DNA of 64,000 nt, from NCBI GenBank assembly GCA_025786725.1, contig JAHLTZ010000022.1, forward strand, positions 124,001 through 188,000. The letters run 5' to 3'. A model generated the notes under the pieces. That model saw only the letters and a program-made list of their open reading frames with translations, made no database searches and was not told the origin of the DNA. This DNA comes from Syncephalis fuscata S228. Its lineage: Eukaryota > Fungi > Zoopagomycota. The position numbers were made by a program, and so were the translations under genes. Below are positions 52,333 through 64,000 of this stretch, piece after piece; within the stretch, counting starts at the first letter, position 1, and the number at the start of each line of letters is the position of its first letter.

Positions 52333-53642
52333 AAATCAACTCACTATTGCACAAGGCGGCAATGGTCACTTATAGTAGTTGTTACGCTGTTAAAAAACAA
52401 AAAGGAGTACTGAACAAGAGTGGTGGTTGCAGCACGGCTGTTCCACTATTTATGTGCTTAAATAGTTATCACTTGGGTGCACGTGTGTCATACGTGTTCA
52501 AAATTTAACGAAAAAAATAACAGAAAATAAAGAAGTGATAGCTGCATGACACTTATGCCAGGCGGTCGTGTGTGTGTGTGGTGGTTTTAAAGAGAAAGTA
52601 AAAAAAAATACAGAGAATATTTGACAAAATAGTAACACAAATCGAAAAAAGTTTTTTTTTCTATAGCCATGTGACTATCAAACGATAGACCTGTGGCTAA
52701 AAACATGGTTTTGTATTTCCTTTCACTTCCCTTTACAACGATACTAGACTGGTGTAGTAACATGTTATTCGGTTTTCTTTAAAAATGCCACCGATAATGA
52801 TTGCGATATACAAAAAAGGATATGCATATAGCAAAAAATAGAAAAGATGTCAAAAAAGGAAAGCGCAATATATATTTATTTATGCTGATGTTATTACACT
52901 GAACTAAACTGATAAACGCGTATTGTGTGTCATGTACTAATATTATACAGTTTATTTTGTAAACAATTTATTAGCCATTTAATATGATTTAGTGTCAAAT
53001 GACTATATTTAATAACATCCTATCTATTGAACATGATGATGGATAGTGAGTGACGTCAATCATCACAATACTCATCATTGTAGATTTATTACCCAGTATG
53101 CGTATATCCTCTATTCATCTATATTATTTCCATTCTATTCATTACGGTATATATACCCAACTTCAGCACTGATGTTCATAGCTTTTCACATCATATATTT
53201 ATTCTACTGTGCCATTTTACTATATAATAATTATGCATTTTTAAACTGCTGTTTTTTATTGCTAACTATATTATTTATAAACCTTAATTTTGTCGTTTGT
53301 TAATTTAGATGCATGAGCGAATGAGTAAAGAGTTGGAATTTACTATTAACCCATCTAAAGCCAAATAAACAAAAGGTTTGAATAAGAAAAAGTTGGTTGA
53401 ACGTAACATGATATTTATTGAAATAAAGTGTATTGGAACATATAACCAATAGAATGATATGAATGGATAGAATATATATATATATATATATGCATACTGG
53501 ATAATAAATCTATGATAATGAATATTTTAAACCTTGATATCACTCACCACCTAATCTTATATTCAATAGACTGAATGCTAACAAATTTAGCCATTTAATT
53601 ATCACTATTATTTGTGCTATGTTATTGTTTAATAATTGTTTA

Positions 53643-54841
53643 TCAGTTTGTAGTTTTTGTCTTCTTTAATCTTTTACTTGATGGCAATAATGATGACGAT
53701 GATACAGTATGATCTAGTGTTGTAGCATTTTTTAATTGATGACATGCTGAACACATGAGCGCCAATGGCTTATTGATAAGCGTACAGACTGTGCATGACC
53801 ACGGCGTAACTTCCTCTTTGATAATAACATCATCAATGGTGCTATTCTCTAATAATATTGGTGATGTTGACTGTGGTGGAGATTTTCGCTTAGTGTGTCG
53901 TAAAACGGCGGCCATTGCTGCCGCTTCATGAGCTGTAGCATCACTTGTAGATGACATTGTTGCTATTGATTTGCTTAAAGCTTTTGCTATGGTTATTTCT
54001 TCATCACCCTCTTCTAACGCCATTTGCTCTTCTGTAGCGTCACCGCCACACCATGTGGCATCGAGTAGGCCGCGTCGTTGAATTGCGGCCATGGCAGCCA
54101 TTTGAGCGGGCGAACAATGTAGTTTCCACCGATCTACAGCACTTTGGCTTTGATTTTTACCTAGTCGACTACCATGTCCTGCGAATTTAACAAAGGTAGT
54201 ATTGGTATTGCTACTCGTACTTGATGCGGCCGTGTATCCATTTTTCATTAACAATTGCTCGCATTCATCTGTTAACTTGTCTAGTAATTTATAAAAATTG
54301 CTATCATGTGGGCCATGAACTATCAATTATTAATTAATTAAAAGCCAATAAAATAATTAATTGCATTTTTAAACTTACCGATATGTGTTAATCTATTAAT
54401 TTACATATCATTTCCTTAATAATAGCTAATAAAAATCAACATTACTTACTCATGCAATAGTGTGCCTAATAAACTTTCATAATCAATGAATTGGTGTGGA
54501 TTAGAGGCATATCGTAGGCGAATGCGTATTTCTTGACCTTTATTTACATTGATGCCTAAAATACTATTAAAGTCTATAATATAATCTATATCTAACATAC
54601 CAAGTAAATTTTCATTCTTTGGTAGGAATTCGCGTAATAACCCAACATGCCAGTTATACTTTGCCATAATTGGCTGTACCTAGTAAAAGAGTTGTATATT
54701 GGTGAGTCATACAAAGGAATCTATAGACATTACTTGTTGTGCAAGCTGTTGTAATAAAGCAGTTGCTTCCGAGTAAAGCGGCTGGCGTTTCAGAACCATA
54801 CATTGAAAGATTAATGGCGTGTCATTCTTGGCTATCGTCAT
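53643..54841 (-). CDS. WSS1: Wss1-like WLM-domain DNA-dependent metalloprotease with C-terminal RanBP2-type zinc finger
   Basis: VQPIMAKYNWHVGLLREFLP..NLLG|INVNKGQEIRIRLR...GTLLHE|LTHI|VHGPHDSNFYKLLD. SHP-like FAGHGSRLG. WSCTVCTLINKPLALMCSAC. Confidence 0.9.
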
Positions 54842-55456
54842 AGCAATAATATCAATATAATGACAATATCAGTATCAGTACAATAACAGTAGTCGTATCC
54901 ATATCAGTAATAATAAAGAGAAATAAAACTTTATTATTATGATCATTAATAAATTGTAGTTATTTGTGAAATAGTCATGGTACAATTCATTACTACAATT
55001 AACGAATTTTACTTCGTAGACACAGTTCAATATAGGTCTGTCCAGTTGTCATAGGATATTTTACAATTAAAATTTCTTTAATGTTTATTGTTAATGTTAA
55101 AAATAGATATTGACAGATGAATTACTTGTTTATATATCGTGTCTGTATAAAAACGACAGATTAATAAAAGCCATGTTGTTGCGATAAGGATAAACAACGA
55201 CAACCTAAGTGGATAAACACTTGTTCTCTCACCTTTAGTAGTGGACTCTTTTCACTTCCTAATCATCTTTACCTTCAATACTGCACGTCTCTATTCTCCC
55301 TTCTTCTATCTGTCTGTTTGTTGGTGGCACTTTTGTTCTGCGTCACGCTATTATATGCTTGTGAACTATATCGACTATTCAGCCTATTTGTTGAATCTTA
55401 TTGTTCCTAGTGTATATTTGTGTGTGCGCGTGTGTACGTGAATCCTCTAGCCCAGC

Positions 55457-58400
55457 ATGGCTACCACGGCTAGCCAGGGACCAGACCCACTAGGTCGTAT
55501 TGTCAACGATCTAAAGAGCCGGTAGGTGACATAGAACAGTTGATAGACCAATCCATTTGATATACGTGGTTGACACTATGAGCTGTTTATAGCACAGAAG
55601 AAGTTCGTATACGGGCTGCCAATGAACTACGTGAACATGTAGGCACTAGTAGTTAGAATACCAGTAGAAGTTAGCTAACAATATAGCCGTGATTCCTGTC
55701 ATTAGGTGGAAACAGTATCGCACGAGCTGTCAACTGAAGCAGCCACTAAATTTAATAATGACGTGAATCTACGGGTTTTTGAACTGATAGACAGCGCTGA
55801 TAATAGCGAGAAACTAGGCGGTATCACTGCTTTAGGTAGGCTGATTAAAGCAGCAGTCCTGCCATATATAAATTGAAGTAGAGCAGAATACTAACCAGGA
55901 GCTTGCCTTTAGATCGATTAATTGATTATGAAGGAGAAGAAAACACAACTAAAGTGACACGATTTGCCTATTATCTACGACGATTACTATCGGATAATGA
56001 TACGCAAGTAATGATTGCCGCATCTAAAGCACTAGGTAATTTGATAGTTATAATAAAGCATAGTTAATTAACATTATGATTAATAGGACATCTTGCATTG
56101 GCCAGTGGATCACTCACCACAGATGTAGTGGAATTTGAAGTGAAGCGAGCACTAGAATGGCTACAAGGTAATTTAAATATAATTTGCCTAATAAACACTA
56201 ATTAAATAAATTAAAGATCGCAATGAAAATCGACGATATGCAGCAGTGCACATTCTTAGCGAGTTAGCACGTAATGCACCAACACTCATTTATGCTTATG
56301 TGCCACAATTTCTTGATTTATTATGGTCGGCTTTACGTGATTCTCGTGTAGCTATTAGAGAGGCAGCAGCCGATGCATTAAGTGCCTGTCTAGAGATTGT
56401 CTACCAACGAGAGAGTCAGCAGCGTATACAATGGTATCGTCGTATTCTGGATGAGGCCAGTAAAAGTCTTAAAATTGGAAGTGTGGATTCAATTCATGGC
56501 GCACTACTCACCTACCGTGAGCTGCTGTTACGTACAGGCATGGTATGATAGTTACAACCGTAATGAGTTCAATATTAATACCAATACTAATACCGTGCCA
56601 ATTATAGTTTATGAACAATCGGTTCCAAGAGGTGTGCGAGGCCGTATTCCACTTTAAAGAACACAAAGATATATTGATTCGACGCACAGTGGTAAATTTG
56701 ATGCCGATATTAGCATCTTACAATCCAATGGATTTCTCCAATGCTTATCTATCTGCTGCAATGAGCCATTTGTTGCAACAATTGAAAAAAGAGCGAGAAC
56801 GTAATTCTGGTAAGTTGTTGTTGTTTAAAGTAAACAAACTCTACTTACACGATATGATGCAGCCTTTAAAGCAATCGGAGAAGTGGCTATCTCAGTTGGC
56901 AATGATATGGGTGTCTATTTAGAGCCTATTCTACGTAGTGCCAAAGATTGTCTTTCATTGAAGGGGTAAGTATTGAATGGATAAGCTGTATTAGTGGTAT
57001 ACATATATATATATATGGCATTAACTGTTGTAATAATAGCAAACTACGACAAGTCCATGAGGCATCCATTTACGAATGTATCAGTTTACTGGCTAAATCT
57101 GTGGGACAAGGCATTACACGATACATGCATGATTTATTAGATTTAATGTTTGCCGGTGGATTGAGTGAGCCATTGCGTAAAGCATTAGTAGAAATCGGTC
57201 GATATGTACCTCCACTTCTTGAAACTATTCAAGGTAAGAAAGACCAATAGTTGTTGGACTAATGACTAACCTGTCAATATTTAGATCGATTATTGGATAT
57301 GCTTTCAAAAATACTAAGTGGTCAATCATATCGAGAACCTGGTGCACCTAATAGTGGTCGTGGTATTATGACTAATGGTGCTACTAGAGATCCAGTTGTA
57401 CGTAGAGAGAATACTTATTAAATAGCATTACAGCATACCAATATTAATAACTATAACAATAATAATAGGTACAAGAAACGAACAATGATATTATTGTACT
57501 TGCACTTAATACACTTGGCACTATGGACTTTAATGGTAATTAACATATCTAAAATACTGTTTAATATTTTATTAATTATTATAATAATTGTAATATTAGG
57601 ACGAATGTTACATGAATTTGTACGAGATTGTGTAATCCATTATTTGGACTCGGATAACGCCGAGATACGCAAAGCAGCCGCGGTCACTACTTGCCAATTA
57701 TTTATCCGTGATCCTATTTGCTATCAAACAAGTATCCATGCGATTGAAGTAATGCGTGATGTATTGGAACGGCTTTTATCGGTAGGCGTGGCCGATCCAA
57801 ATCCACATACACGTGAAGTAGTGCTTTCATCGTTAGATGAACGATTTGACCAGCATTTGGCGCAAGCTGAACATGTCCGTTCACTATTTCTCGCTTTAAA
57901 TGATGAAGTATTTGTCATTAGAGAAATTGCCATGTCGGTTATTGGACGATTGGCAAAGCATAATCCTGCCTATGTTATTCCATCATTACGTAAAACACTT
58001 ATTCAACTATTAACTGAACTTGAATACTCGACAGTTAGGTAAGAGTTATTTATTTATTTATTTGTATTTGTGTATATAAATCAAATACCAATACTAATAT
58101 ACCTTGTAATAATAATATCTAGTCGAAATAAGGAAGAGGGTGCTTTATTGCTTACATCGTTGATTTCCGCCGCTCAGCGTTTTCTTAAACCTTATGTGGA
58201 TCCTATCCTTCGTGTTCTTTTGCCCAAAGCAAGTGACACGGCACCAGGTGTAGTTGCCGCCGTTTTGGGTGCTATTGGGCAATTGGCCGAAGTAGGCGGT
58301 GAAGATCTACTTCCTTATCTAAATGAACTTATGCCAATTATTCTGGAAGCATTACAAGATCAAAGTGCATCAGCCAAACGACACGCAGCACTTCGTACAC

Positions 58401-61400
58401 TTGGTCAATTGGCCGCAAACACCGGCTTTGTTATTGAACCGTATCTTAAATACCCATCATTATTACCAATCCTTATTGAAATTCTTAATACGGAACAGTC
58501 ACCGCCACTACGACGTGAAACGGTTAAATTGTTGGGTATTCTTGGTGCACTCGATCCTTATCGATATAAAGTTGAACGTGTGGCCGAGGATGGTAAAGCA
58601 GCCAATATGAATGCGGCCAATACGGCCAATGCCGACATTTCTCTATTAATGGTCGGTATGGGCCCGAGTTCCGACGATTATTTCCCAACGGTTGCTATTA
58701 ATGCACTGCTTAAAATACTAAGGGAACCATCACTCAGTAATTACCATAACACAGTTATTCAAGCCTTTATGTATATGTTTAAAACACTTGGTCTTAAATG
58801 CGTGCCATTCTTGCCACAAGTAAGTTATAATAGATTAGGGAAATATTCATATCTATTCCTCGCTTACTTCTAACACCAATGAATATAGATTATTCCTACT
58901 TTTCTAAATGTCATGCGATCCTCTCCGACTGGCATGCTGGACTTTTATTTCCAGCAGCTAAGTTTATTAATGTCAATTGTAAAACAGCATATTCGCAACT
59001 ATTTGGTTGATATTTTTGCATTGATTCGCGATTTCTGGAATCCAACTTCAGCGCTACAAACTACAATTCTTACCTTGGTTGAAGCCATTGCCAAAGAGCT
59101 TGATAACGAGTTTAAGGTCTATTTACCGCATTTATTGCCACACATGCTTCAAATACTTGAAAGTGACATGGGTGAGAAGCGTATCTCTACCCATAAAGTG
59201 TTACACGCTTTAACAGTATTTGGATCGAGTCTACAAGACTATATGCACCTTGTTGTCCCGTCGATTGTCCGGGTTATAGAACGACATGAGGTTATTATCC
59301 CTGTACGACGTGCTGCCGTTGTTGCTATCGGCCAATTGTGCGTAAAGGTCGATTTTTCCGATCATGCATCACGTATTATTCATCCATTTGGTCGGATATT
59401 AGCACTGAATCAGCCAGAAATGCGTCCCGTGGTAATGGAAGCACTCTGTATGCTAGTCTATCAACTAGGCCCAGCCTATACTGCCTTTGTGCCATATATG
59501 CACAAAGTAAGTTTATTTAAACACCAACTAATGATAGATACTAATACGTATTCAAATGATTAATGTGTGTAACTGTTTATAGATTCTAAGTAAAAACCGC
59601 ATACAACATTTAAGGTATGAGCTATTTGTAGCAAAGCTCACTAACGGAGAGCCACTACCATCGAATTTTAGCGATCTTACCACAGAAAGGTGTGTAGTAA
59701 AGTATACAACAACCAGTCACTAATATTATGCTAATAGGGAAGAAAATGAAGTGGAGGAATCGGCTTTAGAGGCTGGTGGCATTAAAAAGCTACCCGTAAA
59801 TCAACAGCATTTAAAGAAGGCCTGGGAGACTTCACAACGATCAACACGTGATGATTGGTCAGAATGGCTAAAGAAATTAAGTGTAGAACTACTAAAAGAA
59901 TCGCCATCACATGCATTGAGGGCCTGTGCAGCACTGGCCAATATGTATCATCCATTGGCGCGTGAACTATTTAATGCTGGATTCATATCTTGTTGGACAG
60001 TACTTTATGATCAATTCCAGGTGAGTATAGACGTAATAGCAATTAGCTTAGTTTTTATTGATATTTATCTATTATATAGGACGAATTGGTTAAATCGATT
60101 GAAACAGCTTTATTGTCACCAAATATTCCACCGGAAATATTACAGACTTTATTGAATTTATCTGAATTTATGGAACATGACGATAAAGCACTGCCTATTA
60201 ACATTCGTACACTAGGTGCACACGCAAATCGATGTCATGCTTATGCAAAAGCATTGCATTACAAAGAATTGGAGTTTATTTCGGATCCATCCGCTAATAC
60301 TATTGAGGCATTAATCAGTATTAATAATCAGCTACAACAGCCAGATGCCGCCATTGGCATTCTTAAATATGCGCAACAGAATCACGATTTGCAATTAAAG
60401 GAATCGTGGTATGAGAAGCTACAGCGATGGGAGGATGCGCTGGCTGCCTATGAACGTAAACAAGAAGAAGAGCCATCTTCATTTGAAATCACTCTTGGCC
60501 GTATGCGTTGTTTACATGCACTTTGTGAATGGGGTGCACTTTCACAACTGTCACAAGAACGTTGGAGTCGGGCCAGCGAGGATATGCGACGAGCCATTGC
60601 TCCGTTGGCAGCATCGGCTGCTTGGGGCACTAATCAATGGGAATTGATGAATGACTACATTGCAGTCATGAAACCAGCTTCACCAGATCGTGCCTTCTTC
60701 CGAGCTATTCTATCGCTTCATCGTAATAAGTTTGTTGATGCAGAGAATTATATTACAAAGACGCGTGATCTACTCGATACTGAATTGACAGCTCTGGTCA
60801 GTGAAAGTTACAGTCGCGCTTATAGGTAAGTGGATTAGATTCCAATACTACAAAGCACTAACCCTTGTTATTATTAGTGTTGTTGTACGTGTACAAATGT
60901 TGGCTGAATTGGAAGAGATTATAGACTATAAGAAGTGTCACGATCAGCCGGAGCGACAAATGATTATTAGAAATACTTGGATGAAACGGTAAGTTACATA
61001 TTAATATTGCTGTAGTATATATATATATATATATATATTAATCAATATGATTAGACTTAAAGGATGTCAACGCAATGTTGAAGTTTGGCAACGTATATTA
61101 ATGGTACGATCTTCAGTTGTATCACCCACTGAGGATATGCAAATGTGGATTAAATTTGCCGGTTTATGTCGAAAGAGTGGCCGTATAGCGGTGGCCGAAC
61201 GTACATTGGCCGAATTATCCGGTGTTGAATCGTTGGATGAAGGGGTGAGCAATATTCATTTAGCAGCTATAATAGGTCGATAAGCAGACTAATGGCTGTA
61301 TTAATTACATAGTTACCAGAACACGCACTACCACAAATTACCTATGCCTATTTGAAGTTGATGTGGGCATCGGGCGCACGTGAAGAAGCATTGGGACAAT

Positions 61401-64000
61401 TACGTGACTTTAACACACGTCTTACTATGCTTGTTAATCAATCAGCAGCGACAACTGCATCAGCCGGGTCAAGCCATGATACGGCAGCCATACATGGACA
61501 TCCCACAGTGAATGGCACTGCACCCACATTAATGCCCAGAAGAGGCGATACTGATTCTATAATTGCTGCTGATATGAAACAATTACTATCACGCTGTTAT
61601 CTTAAACAAGGTGCATGGCAAATGTCATTACAAGATGAATGGAACGAGGTATGAAATAACAATGATTTATTATTAATGTTAATGTTAATGTTATTATTGT
61701 AATATAGGAAACGATATCAGATGTATTAAGATCCTATTTCCTTGCCACTCATTATGATAATGATTCATATAAAGCATGGCATGCCTGGTCTTTATCCAAT
61801 TTCGAAGTTATTTCTCACTTTGAAAAAATGAGCGATTTAATGTCACCACAAATATTATCAGCTCATATTGTGCCGGCTGTTCAAGGTAATAGTTTATAAT
61901 AGATTTTATTATTTATTATATATTGTTTATTTATTATGTGTTATAGGATTCTTCCGATCTTTGGCACTGGCTAGTGGCAATTCACTACAAGATACACTTC
62001 GTCTGTTGACATTATGGTTTAAATTCGGCTATCAACCGGAAGTAAGTGCAGCTATTAACGAAGGATTCAGCACCGTCAGTATCGATACATGGCTTGAAGT
62101 TATTCCACAGGTAAGTAATTCTATTGATTAATTCAATTGACTTAATATTATATATATTACATTATATTTCTAGTTAATTGCTCGAATTCACGCACCTAGT
62201 CCAAGTGTTCGACGATTGATTCATCAATTGCTATCGGATGTTGGTCGACAACATCCACAAGCACTTGTCTATTCATTAACTGTTGCTTCAAAGTCTCAAA
62301 GTGCTTCACGTAAACGGGCTGCCCTTAGTATTATGGATAAGATGCGTGTTCATCGACCAAGTCTTGTTGAACAGGTAAGTTGTTTATTCATTTCTATTAT
62401 ACTATGTATTATATACTATATACTATATACTATATACTATATACTATACAACTACTTATTTATATTGATATGATTGTACATAATATTAGGCTTTATTGGT
62501 CAGTCAAGAGCTAATCCGTGTTTCCATTCTTTGGCATGAGATGTGGCATGAAGGACTTGAAGAAGCATCACGTCTTTATTTCGGTGATCGTAATATTGAA
62601 GGCATGTTTTCAGTACTTGCCCCATTACATGCCATGATGGAACGAGTAAGTAACAGGGCATGTATATAGTATGCAAATACTTACTAATCGCTATTAATAA
62701 GGGACCGGAAACACTTCGTGAAATCTCATTTAACCAAGCATTTGGCCGTGACTTACAAGAAGCGCATGAACTGTGTCAACGCTATCAACATACCCTTGAT
62801 GGAAATCATTTAAATCAAGCATGGGAACTCTACTACCAAGTGTTTAGACGTATTGCTAAACAATTGCCCCAATTAATTACCCTTGAATTACAATATGTAT
62901 CACCAAAACTATTACAAGCGCACGATTTAGATATGGCTGTTCCCGGTAATAGATCGATATAATACGAATACCAAGAAAGTATTTACTAATCTCTATTATA
63001 TAGGTACATACAAATGTGGCGAGCCAGTCGTGACTATTCATAGCTTTGCACCAACACTCACGGTTATTACATCTAAACAACGACCACGTAAATTATCGCT
63101 TAAAGGCAGTGATGGTAAAGACTATCAGTATCTATTAAAAGGTATAGTATTATGGGCATTAGTAAAGTTAATGGTATTTAATGTATAGTCAATCATTAGG
63201 ACATGAGGATCTACGTCAAGATGAACGTGTTATGCAGCTATTTGGTCTTGTTAATACATTGTTACAAATCGATCCCGAGACCTTTAAGCGCCATTTAAGT
63301 ATTCGACGCTACGCAGTCATTCCATTATCACCAAATTCTGGTTTAATTGGATGGGTACCGCATACCGATACACTCCATGCGTTGATACGTGATTATCGAG
63401 AATCAAAGAAGATTCTACTGAATATTGAGCATTGTCTAATGCTTAAGATGGCACCTGATTACGATAATTTAACATTACTACAAAAGGTTGAAGTGTTTGA
63501 ATATGCACTCGAAAAGACAACTGGCCAAGATCTTTACCGGGTCTTATGGCTTAAGAGTCGTAATTCTGAGGTATGTAACTAAGTATTCGTCATACTAGTA
63601 ATTGACTCGATGATAATGTATAGTCATGGCTTGAAAGACGTACCAATTACACCCGATCATTGGCTGTTATGTCGATGGTGGGCTATATTCTTGGATTAGG
63701 CGATCGTCATCCGTCAAATCTTATGTTGGAACGGTATACGGGCAAGGTTGTACATATTGATTTTGGTGATTGTTTTGAAGTAAGTAGAGGCTATGACGAT
63801 TCCTTTATTTTTTCTTATATTTATATATTTATTAATAGGTGGCAATGCATCGTGAGAAATTCCCTGAACGTATTCCTTTCCGATTAACACGTATGCTTGT
63901 TAATGCCATGGAAGTAAGTAGATTTATACTAAGTGATGGGTAGCAGATAACAATAACAATAATAACCATCATCATCATCATCATCTATATTTAGGTCAGC
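55457..64000 (+). CDS. TOR: Target of rapamycin (TOR) PIKK kinase, >25 exons, truncated by the window end
   Basis: HEAT repeats, [15 protein letters not shown]-type and [15 protein letters not shown] (FAT) segments, [22 protein letters not shown], and kinase motifs [26 protein letters not shown] and HIDFGDCFE. Confidence 0.97.

Overview
AT-rich, intron-rich eukaryotic DNA. The gene content and intron signals suggest an early-diverging fungus (inference). Ordinary genes: TOR kinase (runs off the right end), Wss1 protease, an Atos/FAM214 (DUF4210) protein, PNS1, a Gti1/Pac2 (WOPR) transcription factor, an Ysc84/Lsb3 SYLF-SH3 protein, 3-hydroxybutyryl-CoA dehydrogenase, three divergent DH-PH (RhoGEF-like) genes and two hypothetical genes. 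The main discovery is absent from the ORF track. Three duplicated cassettes (~2.65-5.97 kb +, ~19.5-22.4 kb -, ~43.5-46.1 kb +) look like ~81-bp satellites, but each unit is a complete spliceosomal intron (nearly all GT...AG) followed by a 3-nt (rarely 6-nt) microexon. Splicing them by hand after a signal-peptide/Kex2-type (RR) first exon gives stop-free, six-cysteine secreted peptides in which nearly every codon of the mature peptide is split by a phase-1 intron. Copy 1 (35 introns) gives DPGNCEACVKRCFDTHPFWKTWGSYCRSDFCKDWCP. Copy 2 (29 introns) gives GPKCDACVTKCMSGWWCRHTGRCDKYCENNA. Copy 3 is a frameshifted mosaic of the two. The family visibly evolves by gain, loss and exchange of single-codon units. 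Also present are two tRNA-headed SINE families, one inserted at the same register of different repeat introns, and a decayed Fanzor/TnpB C-terminal fragment. All exon parsing was done by eye and needs RNA confirmation.
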